Of a stretch of 64,000 nucleotides of DNA, positions 59,417 to 64,000 are shown piece by piece. How positions within the stretch are numbered: position 1 is the stretch's first letter; each line of letters begins with the position of its first letter. The DNA comes from Eledone cirrhosa (lineage: Eukaryota). The notes beneath the pieces are model-generated. The model was not told where the DNA came from. It saw only the letters and a list, made by a program, of their open reading frames with translations, and did no database searches. The stretch is from NCBI GenBank assembly GCA_964016885.1, contig OZ024741.1, forward strand, positions 290,532,001 through 290,596,000, read 5' to 3'. The position numbers were made by a program, and so were the translations under genes.

Positions 59417-60619
59417 GTTTCATTCTTTTTGATCTATCGATCATTTCATTATTCTCACTTTCTACCAACCTCACTAATTATCTACCTACCTACATATCTA
59501 TATACCTTACTATTTACCCAACTAGCTCAAAACTTTTCTCATATACCCTAATCAAGAAACCCTAGTGAATAGCCTGTAATAGTCACAGATTAGTCTCTCA
59601 GAGTTCTGGAGTAATCTTAACTTCTCTCCCGAGGAAATATTTTGCCGCCTGTAACACCTAAACTCAACGAATTACCAGAGGCGTAAAAGCGAGGTGAATA
59701 AAAAAAGTTTTAGTCTAATACTGGAGTCGCTTGTTCCTCTAGGTGTCTTTCTTTCTTTATCTGTCTCTCTTTCTGTGAAATAAATTGGTTGTTTACGAAG
59801 TGTAAAGGGATGGGTTCCAGGCTTAATATTCCCATATGACTCCACGAAGGGCTATGGGTCCATACCTAAATAGAAACTCCTTAACTAAAATCTTACACGC
59901 CAAAGTCAAACTCTCAAAATCATTTTTTTATGAAGGACCGAATCAGATACTGCAAGGCATCACTGTCTGGGGCTCTAACATTTCAGCTAATCCAATTCAC
60001 TGCACCAGCAATTTATTTATAGAGTTTGAAAGGATGAAATTTGAAGCTGAACTCGGCGAAATTTGAAACAAAATCACAGAGAGGTGGAGTAATTACAGAA
60101 AATAATTGTAACCGATCTCCTAACAATGTTTATTGAGGGATCTAGAGGATGATACAATATGGGTTACGAGAAGAAAACTGTGTACCTAGGATAATATTAA
60201 GTGGAAGATGTATGCAGCTTTCTTTGTCATTGCGGTCGAAGTTATAGTAGCAGTAGCAGCGTGTAGAAAGAAAAGAAAAACTATGCACATATGAGTTTGA
60301 TTTGTAGTGTATTGGTGAATCGGTGTTTACAACGGGTTTAGTTTAAAAGACCGGAAATGACAGGGTTTGACGCCATATGACCGAATGTTAAAATACCAAA
60401 ACTTGAGAACGCTGACTGTTTTGAAGACTGAGGTTTTATAAGACTAAAAAAAACTGAAGCGAATCCAAATCCAAATAATAAATAAATGTCCAGATACCAC
60501 CCTATGTCCCCGAATTGCCATTTTCGTCCGTATAATCGGAAGTATTGCATTCTGTCTGATTAAGAAACTGCATGAAGTGGAACAGATGATGCAGTAGGTA
60601 GTGCAAAGCTGTTTTCTGT

Positions 60620-62330
60620 GGCAATGCATACGTTGGGGCTACTTTTGTGTCCATGGCTGTTCCTTTTATTTGTCAAAGAAGAAATGGTTATTCTCCAACA
60701 CTATTTTCAGTCCTTCTAGAATAAAGACTTTGGGGGGAATCTTGCAGGGATGTAATCTGGATGTTTTGCCATTCAGAAGTCTACAGGTTCCATCCCTAAA
60801 GTGTATGGCATACGAGTGTATAGATTTGTTACATCAACATTAACTAGAATCGTTTCCCTGTGCACTTTTTGAGGGACATAGTTAAAAAAATCCCCGTCGT
60901 CTTTGATGAACCTTGGTATTGTTTTACATAGAGGTTTTAATACCACATCTAATAGGTTGCTTAGAGATCATGTGCTTAATGCTGGACGGGCAACGATTGG
61001 GCGTAATTTTAAATCAGTAGATTTTGGTATTTCGACGTATGTTGTCTGTTTACCTTTTATATTGTTTCAAATTTGTCTTGATTTATGTATTTTCGGTAAA
61101 CCATAGGAATTACTAGTCTTCACTTCAAAGTTTGTTAAATAGTTGACTTCATTTTTAGTTAGCTTATTCTGATATTTTGTAGTCAGTTTACTTACTTGGA
61201 TCATTGTTTTACTCTCTTTCGCTTTTGTTTATTTTCTTGTAGAATTCTTTGTCATTTAGTTGTTCTAGAACGATCTCCTTGTGACCTTTGTCCACAATTT
61301 CGACTGTTCCACATATGTCAGCTTCTTTTATAATGATTTTAGAGTCTTTTTGCAAGTTGTTGAGTGCAAGCAGTTAATCTGCGGGTCTGTTTGATTTATA
61401 ATTCCTCTCTAAAACATCTGATTGTGCTGATCATCGTAGACAGTTTATGTATTCTTCCAAGAGTTTGTCTCTATTTATCGGAGGTTTGAATCACTTTTTG
61501 TTTCTGATTAGTGATTCATTTTTTATTTACAAATAAAAGGAACAACATTGGGAACAAAAGTAGCCCCAACATATGCTACACTTGTGATGGGCCTCCTAGA
61601 GGTGAGGCTATATTCCCAACTACAGGAAACGTTCAACCAAGAGTTTGCCATCTATATAAAGAACAACTGGAAACGATATCTAGATGACAGCTTCATCTTC
61701 TGGAATAGAAACCTAAAAGACCTGTAAATATTCCATTCCTTCCTAAATAGACTACACAAATCAATATAATTCACAACGGAATGGAATACAAAGGAACTAC
61801 CTTTTTTTGAACATCTTAATAATTAATGAAGAGGGGGATATTAAAACAGATCTCTTCTACACACCGACAGACACATACCAATCGTTAATCTTATGTTTAG
61901 CACATACCCCACATACGAAAAGGAACATTTCCTTCAATATTACACGACTTATTTGCACCAGATTGACAAACACTGCATTAAGAGCAAAAAGAATAGATGA
62001 ATTGAAAATATTTCTTAAAAAACAAGAATATCCTGTGAACCTAGTCAATACAGTCATTTCCAAGGCCCAGGACATCCTAGTGACGATACTTAGAAAAAGA
62101 GTCCAACGAAACAAAAGGGAAAAGCCAGTATCCCCTTTGTTACCTCTCATAATCCCAGGAACATGAATGAAATCATAAAAGAATCTTATATAATTTATAG
62201 TAAAGGTCAATCACACAAATTAAAGAAACTACTAACCAAGGCGAAAATTACTTCAGAAAATGAAAAAAATGCAATTAAAAAGTACGGGAACATCCGATGT
62301 GGAACTTACCAGAACTAATATCAATAACGA
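60620..62330. mobile_element. Old Neptune-like PLE with inverted 5' half
   Basis: Minus 61510 to 60620: IIIKEAD, YGLPKIHK, LRPIVA, DVTNLYT, QIKGTAM; plus from ~61525: QIKGT..APTYA, RYLDD, LPFL; many stops. Confidence 0.85.
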
Positions 62331-62556
62331 CTTTTGTAAAGATTTGAATTATTAAATAACATCAACCACCAGTGAAGTCATTCTTCCCTTTCAAATTTAT
62401 CTTACTGTACTAAGGGATTCCCTTCATTTCCTACTATATATATGTATGTATATATTAAAAATCAACAAATTTAGGGGATAATATTTAGAAACTCACTAAA
62501 GACAAATTTGCTGATTGACTTCGAATTCCTTATTCACTAGATTAAATAAGTTTGAC

Positions 62557-62595
<39 letters not shown>

Positions 62596-62599
62596 TGTG

Positions 62600-62630
<31 letters not shown>

Positions 62631-62950
62631 AGTTGTGGGTCTGTATATGTTTGACAGTTGTGTGTCTGTATATGTATGTATAGATATGTGTAGATGATAG
62701 CGTGCGGAGGTGAGTGCGTGTGTAAGTGTAGGGGCGTACGTGTGTAGGGGAGTGTGTATGTGTATGTGTGGAAGTGTGTATCTATGGGGGTGTATGTGGA
62801 TTGGTGTGTGTAGGAGTTTCAAGGGAAGTGCAATTTCGAGTGTGTAGAATGTGTGTATAGGTGTGGGTAAGTGTGTGTGTGAAGGTGAGCATATAGGGAA
62901 GTGTAGGTGTGTGTTTAACTGTGTATGTGTGTAGGCATGTGTAGGTGTGC

Positions 62951-62986
<36 letters not shown>

Positions 62987-63521
62987 CACCATGTGTATGT
63001 TTGTGTAGGCATGTGTATATGTGTGTATGTAGGTGTGAGGGTGTCTATATCATTATGTATATGTGTGTGTATGTCATGTATAGGTATGTGTAGATTTTCG
63101 TGTATGTATGTCGTCATATATATGCGTGTGTATGTAGTGTGTGTGGCTATGTCGTCATGTGTGTGTGTGTATGTGTGTATGTAGTCCTGTGTAGGTGTGC
63201 ATGTATGTATGTCGTCATGTATGTGTGTGTGTATATGTATGTATGTCGTCATGTATGAGTGTGTATGTATATGTATGTGTATATGTGTGTGTGTAGTCTT
63301 GTGTAGGTGTGCGTGTATGTAAGTCGTCATTTATGGGAGTGTATATATAGATATATATATATGTATGTGTGTATGTGTGTATCTATGTATGTAAGTATGT
63401 ATGTATGTATGTATGTATGTATGTATTATGTATGTGTGTATGCATGTATATGTAAATGTATGTGTAAATACATGTATGTGTAAATGTATGTGTAAATGTA
63501 TGTGTAAATGTATATGTAAAA

Positions 63522-64000
63522 GTGTCCTTTTACCATGCCTTGAAATGTGTTTTAAGAAATATCCCTCAGGCAGTCAAAGTCATCGTGCTTGGTGACTTTA
63601 ATGCTAGAGTGGGTAGGGATTTTAACACATGGAATGTAATCGGAAGGCATGGGGTGGGAAAGTGTAACAACAATGGTATGCTCCTGCTGCAGATGTGTGA
63701 GGAGCTGGATCTGTGTGTTACCAACATTACGTTCCAACAAAAGAACAAATTTAAGACCACATGGATGCATCCTGCATCTAAGGAATGGCATCTTTTGGAC
63801 TACGTCCTAGTCAGGATGCGTGACAGACAGGATGTGCAGTGTGTTCGTGCTCTTCGTGGAGCTGAGTGCTGGACGGACCACCGCCTGGTATGCGCAAAAG
63901 TGAAACTAATCCCTAAACGTAAAATCCGGGCTCCTGGTGTTGCCCTTCCCAGAAGATTGAATGCTGCTCGTCTCAAGGATAAAAATGTGAAGAGAACATT
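63522..64000 (+). mobile_element. RTE-clade LINE APE endonuclease region, running off the window
   Basis: VIVLGDFNARVG, NNNG.LL, TTWMHP.SKEWHLLDY, WTDHRLV. Confidence 0.88.

Overview
Eukaryotic, very AT-rich, microsatellite-dense DNA. The SINE and repeat content suggests a cephalopod or mollusc, but this is inferred, not verified. I found no convincing host gene: the long YI/VC/Thr/Val ORFs are translations of simple repeats. The window is dominated by Penelope-like retroelements (PLEs, RT + GIY-YIG) of Naiad-like and Neptune-like types. There are also about ten families of short non-coding relatives, inserted mostly into (TA)n arrays as head-to-head fold-back palindromes. Many carry type I hammerhead ribozymes (HHRs) with palindromic stem III, including a 170-nt tandem retrozyme. 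The main pattern seen across otherwise unrelated families is that one arm ends in a tail carrying an RCTC...GAGY hairpin, while the inverted arm stops a few nt before that hairpin. Also present: a near full-length U2 snRNA retrocopy inside a PLE tail, RTE-clade LINE fragments, tRNA-derived SINEs, a small Helitron, MITEs and a 2-kb GTN array with higher-order repeats. Family letters (A-O) are my own labels. Element boundaries were read by eye and may be off by a few bases.
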